A stretch of 64,000 nt of DNA from the human T2T-CHM13v2.0 reference genome, Homo sapiens. A program made the translations under genes and the position numbers. The notes beneath the pieces were generated by a model, which saw nothing but the letters and a program-made list of their open reading frames with translations, made no database searches and had not been told where the DNA came from. Of this stretch, positions 18,822 to 31,707 are shown in pieces. Location of the stretch: assembly GCF_009914755.1 (NCBI RefSeq), contig NC_060935.1. One strand, given 5' to 3'. The stretch's first letter is position 1. Each line of letters starts with the position of its first letter.

Positions 18822-20720
18822 GTGAGTGGCTTCACCAAACCACGTGGAAGCTCAGAGAAATTAGACTCAGATTCCAGTGTGTTCCTGGGCCCCTTTCCTC
18901 ACCCTTCCCAGAGTCCATCTTGGAGAGACTTCTCTCTGGATGCCAGTCTTGGGGACCCCATTAGGCTCTTGAGGTTGAAGAGCAGGGCTCTTTGTCCCTG
19001 GTCCTGCCACCTTTCCTCACCCTCACACGCCTTCCTCGGCCTTTCTCCATCTGGGATGCACTTCCACCCCTCACCCCATAGACTCTGGTCCTTAAGTCCT
19101 GGCCCCTCCTACTCCAGGATCACCTGTCTCTCTCATGACAACCATGACAACCACATCATGCCAGAGTTTCTTGGGAGTATGGGCACATGACTTCGATATG
19201 TGTGTACACGTGTGTCTCCTTGTCTAGATTGAAGACAGGCTGAATTCTGTAGCACCTGGTGTTCTGGGATACTTTCTCTCTGGGATATTTGTTGAATTGA
19301 ATGAAATTATCGGGGCTCTAAACAGAGCCCAGGAGCACGGGGAGATGGGGGAAGAGTGTCTAGAATCTTGGGTGTGGTCCTGGCCTGACATTTGGACCCT
19401 AACCAGCTGAGTGGCCTGGGGCAGGTCACTTCACCTCCCTAAACCACATTATCTAGATGGATCCCTTCTAAATCCACCATCCTAAGGGGCTGGGTCTGAG
19501 TCTTTTTTCCACTCTGAAATGTGATGCTCTGCCTAACACGCCAGAGCTAGCAGTCACAACGATGCCCAGCCAGGAGAGAGGTTTGCCCCTTTTTGACCAG
19601 TGATGCTTCGAGGTGTTAATGCAGACCTGGAGGCAAGGCTCTGCCCATACCCAGCTTCCCCTGCTGCTGGGCCCCGATCTATCTTCCCTCCTGCTCACCC
19701 ACGGCACCACCCCTTGGCTGCCTTTATCTTTGTGGGGTGACTTGTTCAGATCCTGAAGCAGTCTCTGGATATTACAAATGGCAAAGAATGGTGTCTTTCT
19801 CTTGGGGAGATGCCAGGCCAACACTTTGACCTGCCCTAGCAGCTCAGACAGCTCCACCCTGGCAGACAGACCTCACTTACTCCAGGAAGCCCCTCGGGTG
19901 CCTTGGCCCTGGTCTCGCCCCGCTGCAGGGATTCCTGGGGTGAGCTCCAAATGCAGAACACAGTTCTGGGGTATATACTGAGCCCACTGAGGCCCTAGTA
20001 CTTTTCTCTTCACCTCTGACCACCTCAGGGATTTGCCCACAATGGAGATGAGAGTCTCCGCTTAATTCTATGCCTCACAGCCTCCTGAAGGTGGAGGTTG
20101 GTAGAAAAAGACCCACCCCTGAGCAAGGTGGAGGTGGGCAAAGGGAGCCAGGGCCAAAGTCAATGCTTTCCTCTTCTGCAAGGAGCCCGCTGAGACTTCG
20201 CCAGGTCTGTGTGGGAGCAGCCCCTCCCATACCCCTTCCACAGTCCCTGCTCTTTCACCAAGTTCTCAGCATAGCCCCATCCCCAACTTCATTGTTTCCA
20301 AGCTCCACCCTGTGCTATGCTAAAAGAGAGAATGAGGCTTCCTCCCATCCACTTCATGACTGATGAAATGCTTCTAAATCATGAAAGTCCCCATAGTCTT
20401 GGGAATCTGGGGCCTGTCTGTAGACACTGGGCCTTCCAAGATTCCCAGCAGCAACTGTTTGAGGAAGCCAGTGTTTTTTCCACGTTGGGGTGGGGAATGC
20501 TGATTGAGGCCGCTCCCCACTTCTTTTGGGAGAGTCTCAGCTTTGCTGCTGTCACCTGCACTTGTGGATTTCCTAGACTAGAAGACAGAGGAAGCTGAAG
20601 CAGACAGCAGGTAGAGAGCTGTTTGGAGGGTTTTTGTGAGCTGTCCCAGGCCAATCCAGGATTCAGATGGGAGGAGGGTCTAGGTGGGGACATGGCGCCG
20701 GGCCTCAGGCAGCACGGTGA

Positions 20721-21017
<297 letters not shown>

Positions 21018-21135
21018 ATTAACTCAGGCAGAAGAGCACAGATGTGTGGGATTGGGGGAGGAGTGGGGACAAGATTTTTTATCTCCAAGTGAATTTTCTA
21101 AAAATGTATTTTATACCGGCTTATTCCTAGTATTG

Positions 21136-21141
21136 AATAAA
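21136..21141 (+). terminator. DCPS: Proximal polyadenylation signal (AATAAA) of DCPS
   Basis: AATAAA about 120 nt after the stop codon, with U-rich/TGTA sequence upstream and GT-rich sequence downstream. Confidence 0.75.
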
Positions 21142-21913
21142 CTAGCGGGCTCACTCAGTGTGGACAGCGTGGCCTGGGAGGCAGACAGATGGTGGGGGAC
21201 AGTGGGTGGGTAGAACCTGTGGGAAGGCCTTGAGAATGGTGGAAAGTCTCCAGGTGGTGGTTTCAACTGACAGGTGGGAGCTGCCCTGGAAGGGTGCCGA
21301 GGGCCTTCTCCAAGCCCCAGGGCTCACCGTCCGTGGTGGCTTCCTTCTCCCCACTCTGTGCCTCTCCTGTTTGTACAACTTCTTATTCTGCTCCTCCCCA
21401 TCACCCCTCCTCCTTCCCCTGCCATCCACCTCTCCTTTGAGGAGTTCCCCAAAAAACCAAACTTGGAAGCTTTCAGGAAATTATCTATACAGGTTTCTGA
21501 TGGCACTTCCTCCTTCCAGCAGTGAGGTCACACCTCCCTGTGAGTCAGTCAACCCTGCTGATAAACTTCTTGTTGACGAGGATAGGGGCTTGGTGCCTGG
21601 AAATCGGCGGGTTTTAATAAGAATCAGATTATGCAAGGCCGAAAAGCCTGCCTTGCTCTGTTATTTGGTCAGCGAGTCCCCAGCCTTGAGTTTTTATCTC
21701 GGCAGGAAGACAAAACAGACTCACATGAAGCAGCCAGAAGATCAAGTGCAAAACAGTGAATCAGCAAGGGCAAATGATATGGTTGCAGTTGAATACAAAA
21801 GCCCGGAGGCGGCTCGGGTTCAAGGCCTATCAGAGGCAGATGTTCAGAGGATCTTGAGACCAGGAAGGGACCTCAAAGCGTCAGAGGCTGATGAGCAGTT
21901 AGGCAGCCAACAG

Positions 21914-22194
21914 GGCTCAAGCGGCGCAGGGACATGGCTTGTATGGGCGGGCACACAAGTAAACACACAGGCTCTCTCCAGCACACAGGACCAAGGCATC
22001 ATGCTGCCAGAGGGGCTGGTGTTTGCCACTTTGTCAGAGTAGGGCTGTGGATTTTGTGCCTTGCTTGGGAAGCTCTCAGGGATGGCAGGATGGCAGGCTC
22101 CTAAGTGACAGCAGGGGGGAAGCTTGAGGCACAGTGGGTGGTCCTTACTCTCCATCCCCTGCCTGAGAACCAGGAAGCCTCATTCAGAGATTAG
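21914..22194 (+). repeat. Inverted repeat arm 1 (non-Alu, about 280 bp)
   Basis: Blocks cagcacacaggaccaagg..tcatgctgccagaggggctgg and tggtccttactctccatcccctgc are the reverse complement of 24451-24718. Confidence 0.9.
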
Positions 22195-22304
22195 CCCCTT
22201 TACTGCAGGTGGTAGCCCAGGTGCAGCCAACCTGCTTCAGGGTCTCAGGGCCTGCTGTGGACCCCCATGGTCCTGGGAGAGACTCCTTAGAAACAGCAGA
22301 ATCA

Positions 22305-22505
22305 CGAACATGGTGAAACCCATCTCTACTAAAAAACAGAAAAATTAGCCAGGTGTGGTGGTGGGCTCCTATAATCCCACCTACTTGGGAGGCTGAAGCA
22401 GGAGAATCCCTTGAACCCGGGAGGCGGAGGTTGCCGTGAGCCACCGCACTTTGGCCTGGGTGACAGAGCAAGACTCCCTCTCAGAAAAAAAAAATTAAAA
22501 AAATA
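22305..22505 (+). mobile_element. 5'-truncated Alu (linker and right arm)
   Basis: aacatggtgaaacccatctctactaaaa through to gagcaagactcc and an A tail. Confidence 0.9.
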
Positions 22506-22589
22506 GAAACAGCCGGGGAGTGGAGGGTGTGGTCAGAAAGCCTCAGGGACCTGCTTCAGCCTTCAGGGAGTTCAGATGAGGCACAATGA

Positions 22590-22926
<337 letters not shown>

Positions 22927-24450
22927 CCTGCAATACGTCAACAGTCCCTAGATTCAGGCAACATGGAGTTGCAGCCAAGGAACTTTGAGGTAGTGACCAA
23001 TGCAGGGAGGTCTGACAGAGAATCAGCAGGATCCATTTCATGGCCACCACACATCTGACTGACTCCTTCTTGGGCTAAGCAAATACTTTTGTGGGCAGTG
23101 ACACTGGCAGCTGCTGGGGTCTTGGCAGGAGGTTGGATGGAGGTCTTCTCCCAGAGCAGTGTCCAGCTTGCAGGAATGCTCCCTGCGTCTCAGTTGTGCC
23201 CATTCCAGGTCCAGGGGAAAGAAGTGACCCGCTTCCCCTCTGAAAGCAGATGTGGTCCCAACAAGCAAACACGGTCTCCATCTCCAGCACCACAACTGCC
23301 ACGGAGCAGAGGGAGGCCTCCCTGTGGAGCAGCCCTTCCCTGTGGCCTCAGCCCATGCCCTCCTGCCCAGCCCCCAGCGGTGCTGCTGGAGGGTCTGACT
23401 CCACGGGCTCCCGCTGACCTTGCCGTTCCTTCCCCTCATCTCGTAGCGCCTGGCCCCTGGAGGAAGGTGGGTAGGAATTTGACACCGGATAAATAAATGT
23501 TTGAGGGGCAAGAGAGATGGGACAGAGTTCACCCAACAGGACAGACGAGGCTGGCAGTCACAGCAGAGGGCAGGCACTCAGGTCTGGAGAGGCAGGGCAT
23601 GGAGACAGGGACCCACACTCTGGAAGGTTTCTCGACTCCCCCGAGGGGCTGGCCAGTTCTGTCTTCCTTCTGCCCACTCTGTGGGGAGGAGCCTCTCTGG
23701 GATAGCGTCCCCTCACTCCTCTCCCAGCCTCGTTTATCTTCACCACAGTACAGAAGGGGGCCCCTCTCCAGGCCTCACCACTTAACTTTTCTTGTACATG
23801 GAAAGACAAGCCTCTGCTAGAGGCCTGGCAAGGGTTCCCCTTCAGAGCCAGCCAGTGCTCTGCTGCTGTAATCTCCAGGGACCCTGCCGGCCACGGCCCC
23901 CATGCAGCTCCCTCCCTCAATCCAACCCTCTTTGGGCTTATCACCCTCAAGGTCTAGAGTGCACCAGGGTTGGCTGCTCTGCCAAGTCCTGTTGAGACTC
24001 CAAAAGCATAGTCTGTCTTTATTAGGGTGACCTTCATATCAGACTCCCAGGTAACTCAAGATGATAGCTTTGCAATATAGTGCCTCCTTTTATTCCTATT
24101 TGTGAGTTTCTCCGCTTTCCTCACTAGACTGAGAGGGTCTTGAGGGTAGGAGCTTTGTTTTAGTTATCTCTCTATCCCTGGCCCCTAAGACACTACCTGG
24201 CTCAGCAAACCAACCTTTGAGACAAAGCAACATTATAACACTACATTCATATAGCAGATCATTTCATGACCCACATTCTCCTTCCTTTTTACGAAGAAAT
24301 GGGCTCAGGATGTCTTGTCCAGCATTATGGAGTGAACGTCAGCTCCAGGAAGCAGAGACTTCTGGCCCTTTGTTCACCATTTCCCCAGAACCTAGGGTGG
24401 TGACTCACCTATAAGTGCTCAAAAAACATGTGGCGAATGGAGGACCAGAG

Positions 24451-24718
24451 CTAGGCTCTGAATGAGGCCTCCTGGATCTCACGCAGGGGATGGAGAGTAA
24501 GGACCAGCCCCTCTACCTCATGCTTTCTTCCTGCTATCTCGTAAGAGCCCAACATCCTTCTGTCCTGAGCAAGCCACAAGCTGCAGCCCTGCCTTGACAA
24601 AATGGCAAATGCCAGCCCCTCTGGCAGCATGACACCTTGGTCCTGTGTGCTGCAGAGTGCCTCATGTGTTGAACTGTGTGCCCTCAGAAGCATGCCATGC
24701 CCCCGCTCTGCTGGAGCA
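24451..24718 (-). repeat. Inverted repeat arm 2 (non-Alu, about 270 bp)
   Basis: The reverse complement aligns to 21914-22194 at roughly 75-80% by eye. The ORF track also shows it: STQDQGIMLPEGL (+) vs STQDQGVMLPEGL (-). Confidence 0.9.
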
Positions 24719-25220
24719 GTGGCAGATGTCACCCTTCCTAGATAAATCCTGGACGGCTCCACGACTGGCTTTTAGCCCTCAACACTTGGCCTACATTCTT
24801 TCTGGCTTGGTTGGAGAAGGAAAGAAGCAGTTGGAGGCATGACTGCTATTGTTCCTTGGCTTCTCTCCATTTGTCTCAAACTTTCCTAATAGAGCAAAAT
24901 TGCCGAGTGGTCTCTATTTACCAACATGAAACAGAAAAATACCATCTCAGGCTCCATATTCCATGTCCCTGTTGAATACAGATCCCCGAACTGAGAAATA
25001 AGAAACAACTACATACGAAGTAATACTTGAAAATGTTTCTCTTGTAATACTTCCATATCCAAAGCATTTGAATATATTTATTTTATTGATGTAGGTCTGC
25101 CAACTCTTCCTTCTCAGGAAGGACTGTTTTTATTCCAAACATGTATATATAAGGTTAAAATGTATTTTTTAAAATAAGATAATTATTGATAGTTGTTTTT
25201 AAAATAGCCTTGCTTAGCAA

Positions 25221-25385
25221 AATAAATGTTGGCAACCCTAAGTTTGTTCTATTATAATATTATTGAAATTACATTGAATTCTGAAATCCATGTCAACTTG
25301 AAGTTACCAAGTTTTAACCACTGTTAGAAAATAAGCAGGAATGAAATCTGTTTCAAGCGTTTCAATTTCAATACAATTTAATAAA
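25221..25385 (+). terminator. DCPS: Candidate distal poly(A) signals of a long DCPS 3' UTR isoform (AATAAA at 25221-25226 and 25380-25385)
   Basis: Two AATAAA hexamers in an AT-rich block; the second is followed by a T/GT-rich downstream element (ctttttggtttttttg, about 25413-25427). Consistent with my recollection of a roughly 4 kb DCPS 3' UTR; usage is not shown by the sequence. Confidence 0.55.
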
Positions 25386-25584
25386 CAGGCTTTGAGCATC
25401 TACCCCCACCCCCTTTTGGTTTTTTTGCAAGCACCTGGAGGCAGAGCTCATGTGGAGCTTACAATTTAGTAGGAACACAGGCATTAATTACAAAGTAATT
25501 ACAATGCTGATGAGTGTGTTGAAGTGGAGGGGGCTATGGGGCTTCAGCCCCAAAAAGCTAAACCTGCAGGCTAAAACTTTAAAA

Positions 25585-26260
25585 AAATATATTTAATTGG
25601 CAAATAAAAATAGTATACATTTATGGTGTACAACATGTTTTGTTATATGTATACACTGTGGAATCACTAAATCGGGCTAATTAACATATGCATTATGTCA
25701 CATATTTATCATTTTGTAATGGTGAGAACATTTAAAATCTCTGTGAGCAATTTTCAAGTATACAGTACATTGCTTTTTTTGTTTTTTTGAAACAGAGTCT
25801 CACTGTGTCACCCAGGCTGGAGGGCAGTGGCGCAGTCTCGACTCACTGCAACCTCCACCTCCTGGGTTCAAGCGATTCAGCCTCCCAAGTAGCTGAGATT
25901 ACAGGCGCACACCACCACACCTGGCTAATTTTGTAGTTTTATAGTAGAGACGGGGTTTCACCATGTTGGACAAGCTGGTCTAGAACTCCTGACCTCAAGT
26001 GATCTGTCTGCCTCAGCTTCCCAAAGTGCTGGGATTACAGGCGTAGGCCACCACCCCCCGCCCAGTACATTGTTATTAACTATTGTCACCATGTGGCACA
26101 ATAGATCTCTGGAACTTCTTCCTCCCATCCAACTGAAAGTTTGCATTCTCTGACCATCTCCCCATTCCAACAGGCAACCACCATTCTACTCTCTGCTTCT
26201 GTGAGTTCCACTTTGTTAGGTTCTACACACGAGATCACGCAGCGTTTGTCTTCTTGTGCT
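25585..26260 (-). mobile_element. L1MA-type 3' end fragment interrupted by an antisense Alu (25774-26063)
   Basis: L1 3'-end motifs: ggtgagaacatttaaaatc, aatagatctctggaactt and accaccattctactctctgcttctgtgagttc. The Alu TSD cagtacattg flanks the insert. Confidence 0.8.
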
Positions 26261-26705
26261 CTAGGCTGGATCTTGGTTATCAGCCCAATGACAAGCAGAG
26301 TAAAGGCCCGGAAGTTAGGGAGACCAGGGCTCAGTGTGGCTGGCACTGAGAGCTGAGCTTCTAGCGTGGGCCCACACATACATTTAAGACTGTAGCCAAT
26401 TTTCCTTTCAGAACCACGATGAAGAAATGAAAGCCAAGGCCAAGAAAATCTTTAATGTTCTGTTCCTCCCCTGCTTGGGAAGTAGAGTGGTCTGAAGGCT
26501 CCAACACAGAATCTGTGCCATAACCAAGTCTTATCTGGGGCAAGTTACATAACTGCTCATGAAATAGGAGTGATAACAATGCTTCCCCCAGACGGTTTTT
26601 CTGAGGGTTAAATAAGAATTTTGTGGGACATAGTAATCACTCAGTAAATGTTCTGGTCTGAGAGTGACCAAAAGGATGGAACTAGAGATATTTGGGCAAG
26701 ATATT

Positions 26706-27030
26706 TGCTATGGCCTGAACGTCTGTGTTCCCCTAAAATTCATATGTGGAAATCCTAACACCCAAGGCAATCGTGGGGCCTTTGGGAGGTGATTAGGCCA
26801 TGAGGGTGGGGGGCCCCCATTAATGGGATTAGTGCCTCATAAAAGAGATCCCAGAGTCACCCCTAGGCCCTTCCTCTCACTGTGAGGTTACAGTGAGAAG
26901 ATGACCTTGTATGAACCAGGAAGCAGGCTGCTGGCATCTTCATCTTAGACTTTCTAGCCTACAGAACTGTGAGAGATTTCTGTAGTTTATAAGCCATCCA
27001 GTCTACATTTTGTATAACAGACCAAACAAA
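26706..27030 (+). mobile_element. MaLR solo LTR (MLT1-like)
   Basis: tgctatggcctgaacgtctgtgttcccctaaaattcatatgtggaaatcctaac through to agaactgtgaga...tttataagcca matches the MLT1 consensus. Confidence 0.8.
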
Positions 27031-27054
27031 TATTAAAAATAACTTCGTGATTAG

Positions 27055-27393
<339 letters not shown>

Positions 27394-28147
27394 ACCAAGA
27401 GGTTTCAAGGAAAAAAGCCGTAAACTTTTGGTGGTTAACTGACTGTGGTCCTAAACAGAGGCAGGGGCTGTGTGCAATGACTTCTCAGGATCTCTTTCAG
27501 CCTACAGGTTCCTGGAATGCATTTCAGCTAACACTACAAGAGTGATGTCCCTTGCTACTGAGAACCCTGGGAACAGCTCAGCTCCATGGTCCAGCCATAT
27601 AAATCTGATAAAAATAGGAGCTGAAATACCATCCTGGAGTTGCTATTTTTAAAATCATCTGAGATGCTGGATGGGGTATATTTCTTCCTCAAACACATCT
27701 TGCTGTTTCCTCCTCTTGGTGGGCAGGATGCTAACGTGGCACATGATACAGGAGCTGTTCCACGCTGCTGCTCACACCCACTCCTGCCAGAGAGGGGCCG
27801 CAGGGCCAGGGCTTCCCAGATCTAGATGCACCTGCTCCTCCCTCTGCTCCTGAGGCCCCTCTGGTTGCCCCAGCACAGAGGTGTCCTGCCACTTCCACCA
27901 AGCAGAAACACAGGAGAGTTTGGGAGGCAAAGGAAATGGGAATGGAGGCAGCACTGATGGCTTGGAAGGGGACTAAGACCTGTTGTTCCTCTGGTTGCCT
28001 TGGTCCCACTTTGGCACAGTTAACATCCAAAAGAAACAGTCCCCATGGGCCAAAGCCCTGCTTATCCCATCCTACTGCCTCTTGCTGAGCCGCTCATCAT
28101 GTGTTGTAGTTGCACCAAAGGGGGGCCTGGGGCCAAAAAAGCACATG

Positions 28148-28790
28148 GAGAGGAGAGAGGAGAGAAGAGGAGAAGGAAAGATGGAAAGACAAGAAAAGAG
28201 AGAGAGAGAGGAAGGAAGGAAAGAAGGAAGGAAGAAAAAAAAAGAAAGAAAAAGAAAGAAGAGGAGAAGGAAAGATGGAAAGACAAGAAAAGAGAGAGAA
28301 AGGAAGGAAGGAAAGAAGGAAGAAAGGAAAGAAAAGAGAAGAGGAGAAGGAAAGATGGAAAGACAAGAAAAGAGAGAGAAAGGAACGAAGGAAAGAAGGA
28401 AGGAAGAAAGGAAAGAAAGAAAAAGAGAAGAGAAGGAAAGATGGAAAGACAAGAAGAGAGAGAGAGAAAGCAAGGAAGGAAAGAAGGAAGAAAAAGAAAG
28501 AAAAAGAGAAGAGGAGAAGGAAAGATGGAAAGACAAGAAAAGAGAGAGAAAGGAAGGAAGGAAAGAAGGAAGGAAGAAAGGAAAGAAAAAGAAAGAAGAG
28601 GAGAAAGAAAGATGGAAAGACAAGAAAAAGAGAGAGAAAGGAAGGAAGGAAAGAAGGAAGGAAGAAAGGAAAGAAAGAAAAAGAAGAGGAGAAGGAAAGA
28701 TGGAAAGACAAGAAGAGAGAGAAAGGAAGGAAGGAAAGAAGGAAGGAAGAAAAGAAAGAAAGAAAAAGAGAGAAGAGAAGAGGAGAAAGG
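28148..28790 (+). repeat. Polypurine compound tandem repeat, 7 units of about 80-94 bp
   Basis: Almost pure A/G strand. The anchor ATGGAAAGACAAG recurs at 28181, 28275, 28355, 28441, 28525, 28612 and 28700. Confidence 0.95.
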
Positions 28791-29535
28791 CACCAGAATT
28801 GCTTCCCTCCTGCCCCAAAGATGACATGGCTTCTAGGCAGTGAGCTAAGCTTGTGGCCATGCTGTTAAGAAACTGGAGGGAAAAGATCATCATGAGTAAG
28901 CACATTGTGGCCTAACCTGAGGGGAGCAGAATTACGGTTAGCTTCTGGGCACCTAGTAACCAGGCTTGGGATAAGCTGGGGGAGAGGCCTGAATACAGCT
29001 TATAGGTTAGAAAAGGCACGCCACCTGCATAGTAACAGCACACACTTATATATAGCAGGTTATGCTTTCAGACCAAATTCGCATCCATTGCCTGATTTAA
29101 TGCCAACAATAGCCCTTTGAATAAGCAGTTATTTCCTTTCCCCTCCCCCCACCCCAGTAAGAAAACTAAAGCTATTTAGTGGCAGAGACAAGAGTTGGAA
29201 CTCAGGTCTCCAGGAACAAATGCTGGTTCTTAAGTTCCATTTTCTGGTAGAGTGACATTTACGTGATTCACGGCAAGAACTGCAAACTGTGCTTAGATCT
29301 AGTTCATCAAATGGCCAAGTTTAGAGGCTGGGCTGACGCTTGGATCAGTTCTGTCAGATTCACTTAGTTATGAAGGGCAGCTGCTTACTCCCTTTGGGCC
29401 AGTCTTCCCATCTGTAGAACAAGGAGGCTCTTCCCTCTTCCTCGACTTGCCCGAGGCAGGGACTTAGTCATTGTGTTCTTTATACCCAGCTTAATTCCAG
29501 GCCTGGAGATGGCATGCAATAAATAGTTGTTGAAT

Positions 29536-29894
<359 letters not shown>

Positions 29895-31089
29895 TCAAAC
29901 AAAATCAGACACTGGTGCAATGCCAAACAGCTTCTGCCCGTGCAAGGAATGATTTAGGATGGAGCACAGTCACCTGCAGAGGAACAACTTGGAGGCAGAC
30001 TCTCCTTACTCAGCTCACTTGGAGCAGAGCTTCCTGAGTTGGGGGTTCTTGACAGATAAGCCCTCCAGCTTCAGCAGAAGCAGGCTTGGAGCTGCCACTT
30101 CTCTGAACCCCCTTGCACTTACTGTCAGTCACTCACACCTTGCACTTATTCACATCCTATCCTGCCTCGTTCTTGAATGGAGTCCATGGTGAGCCTTCTC
30201 TGTGCCGCTGGATGGTAAGCTTCCTGGGGACAGGGAATGGGTCTGATAGTTTCCTTGGAGCCCCTGGCGCTCCCGGCACTGGGCTGTTGATACGTGGGGC
30301 TCCGGAAACACTGTGCTGACCTGTGAAAGGGACTGGCCTAAGGGGCTGTGGATTGTCCTGTAGGGTGACTTCTGAACTGTTCTTCAGCCTGGGCAGTTCC
30401 CAGGTTTATTTGGGGGGATGCCTGGGTCCAAAGAACCAGGGTCAGGGGCCCAGGGGTTTCTTCCTGGAGACAGGATGCCTGGCGCCTTCAATAACGGAAA
30501 GGAAACTGAGAAACTTTCTGAGGCCAAGATAAAGAGTATGCAAGTGAGGGGTGCAGAGAGAGCAGTTTAGGGGCAGCAGGCCCCAACCGAAGCAGAGGAA
30601 GGGCCCACGTCTGGGCCCAGGGGACTGACTGGCTGCCTTGCGTGCATGGGGCACGGGAAGCATAGGCTCCCGGAACAGGACCCTGCCCCAGTTTCCCCAG
30701 TGAGGGAAGGACACCGTTCCCCGTGGGATAGAGCACTGCACCCTTTCTTGATTCTCATTGTTCCCGGGAGCGAGCGCCTTGGCTGCGCTGGGCATACCCA
30801 CCCTGGCGCCATTCACAGGCAGTGCCTGCCCTGGCCCTGTGCTCACCCCATCAGGCCTCCTCTTCCGCCTCTCTGGCACCCACGGCGCCCCTGCTTGCCT
30901 CTGTCCGGGTCTCGGAGGCGCGAACACCATCCCAAGCCTGCGACCGCGCGGCATCACCCCCGCCCTTCCCCCTCCTCCACCCCGCCCTTTCTACCCCTCC
31001 CGGGAGCTCCTGGGAGTCGGGCCGCCGTGTGCGCAAGCGTGTCCAGCCCCTTCCCCGCCCCCAACCCGGGCCCGGGTCCCCGCCTCCCC

Positions 31090-31247
31090 TGCAGGCGGAC
31101 TCGCCCGCTCCCAGGCCGGACCCGCGCCCGGGACAGGGACCCGGCCGAGTCGAGCCGTCGCGCCAGCGCTGCGCCGCCGGTCGGTGCGCCTAGCGGATCG
31201 GAGCTGCGCGCGGAACCGTGCTGCCCCGCCCCGCTCCACCCGTGAGG
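31090..31247 (+). other. ST3GAL4: Non-coding first exon of ST3GAL4 (beta-galactoside alpha-2,3-sialyltransferase 4); start approximate
   Basis: Strong donor AGG|GTGAGT at 31248 inside the CpG island. Gene identity comes from the known order DCPS then ST3GAL4, since no ST3GAL4 coding sequence is in the window. Confidence 0.7.
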
Positions 31248-31594
31248 GTGAGTACGCGGCGGCGGTGCGCGGGGGCCCGCGGGGCGGGGCGGGGCGGGGA
31301 GCCGCGGGGTCCTCGGCCGCCTGACCCCAGCCGGCGCCGCGCCTCCCGGAGGGGGTCGGGCCCTGCACGTGGGCGCAGCGCGGGTCGGGGTGGGGCTGCC
31401 ACAGCCCTGCGGAGCTGCTTTCCGGGGTCCCTTTCCCTGGACCAGATTTTCGCGGGAAGCCGGATCCTCTCCGCTCCCTTGGAGTGAGCAAGCGGGACAG
31501 TTCTGCGGAAAGTTTCCGCCCCCAATCCCCCAGCCCTGCGCCCGGACTGAAGCGGCGGCCCCCACCTCCAGCATCCTCGAGCGATGGTTTCTCC

Positions 31595-31707
31595 CACAAC
31601 TACCCCGGTCAGGTCCAGCACTTGGGAGCTGACTGTGCTGGAGGTGACAGGCTTTGCGGGGTCCGCCTGTGTGCAGGAGTCGCAAGGTCGCTGAGCAGGA
31701 CCCAAAG
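31595..31707 (+). other. ST3GAL4: Probable alternative non-coding first exon of ST3GAL4; start approximate
   Basis: The sequence ...gctgagcaggacccaaag resembles the ST3GAL4 5' UTR as I recall it; donor AAG|GTggag at 31708. Based on recall, not proven here. Confidence 0.45.

Noticed and set aside
21158-22042. 294 aa ORF downstream of the DCPS stop
   Set aside because: Non-ATG start, no recognisable domain, and it lies in 3' UTR sequence overlapping the inverted-repeat arm.
28148-28790. Repeat-spacer pattern superficially like a CRISPR array
   Set aside because: Eukaryotic DNA; the 'spacers' are related GA microsatellites and there are no cas genes.
27983-28905. Overlapping 200-290 aa ORFs on both strands (K/E/R-rich or F/L/S-rich)
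   Set aside because: They arise because the polypurine repeat lacks stop codons; low complexity, with no coding or splice evidence.
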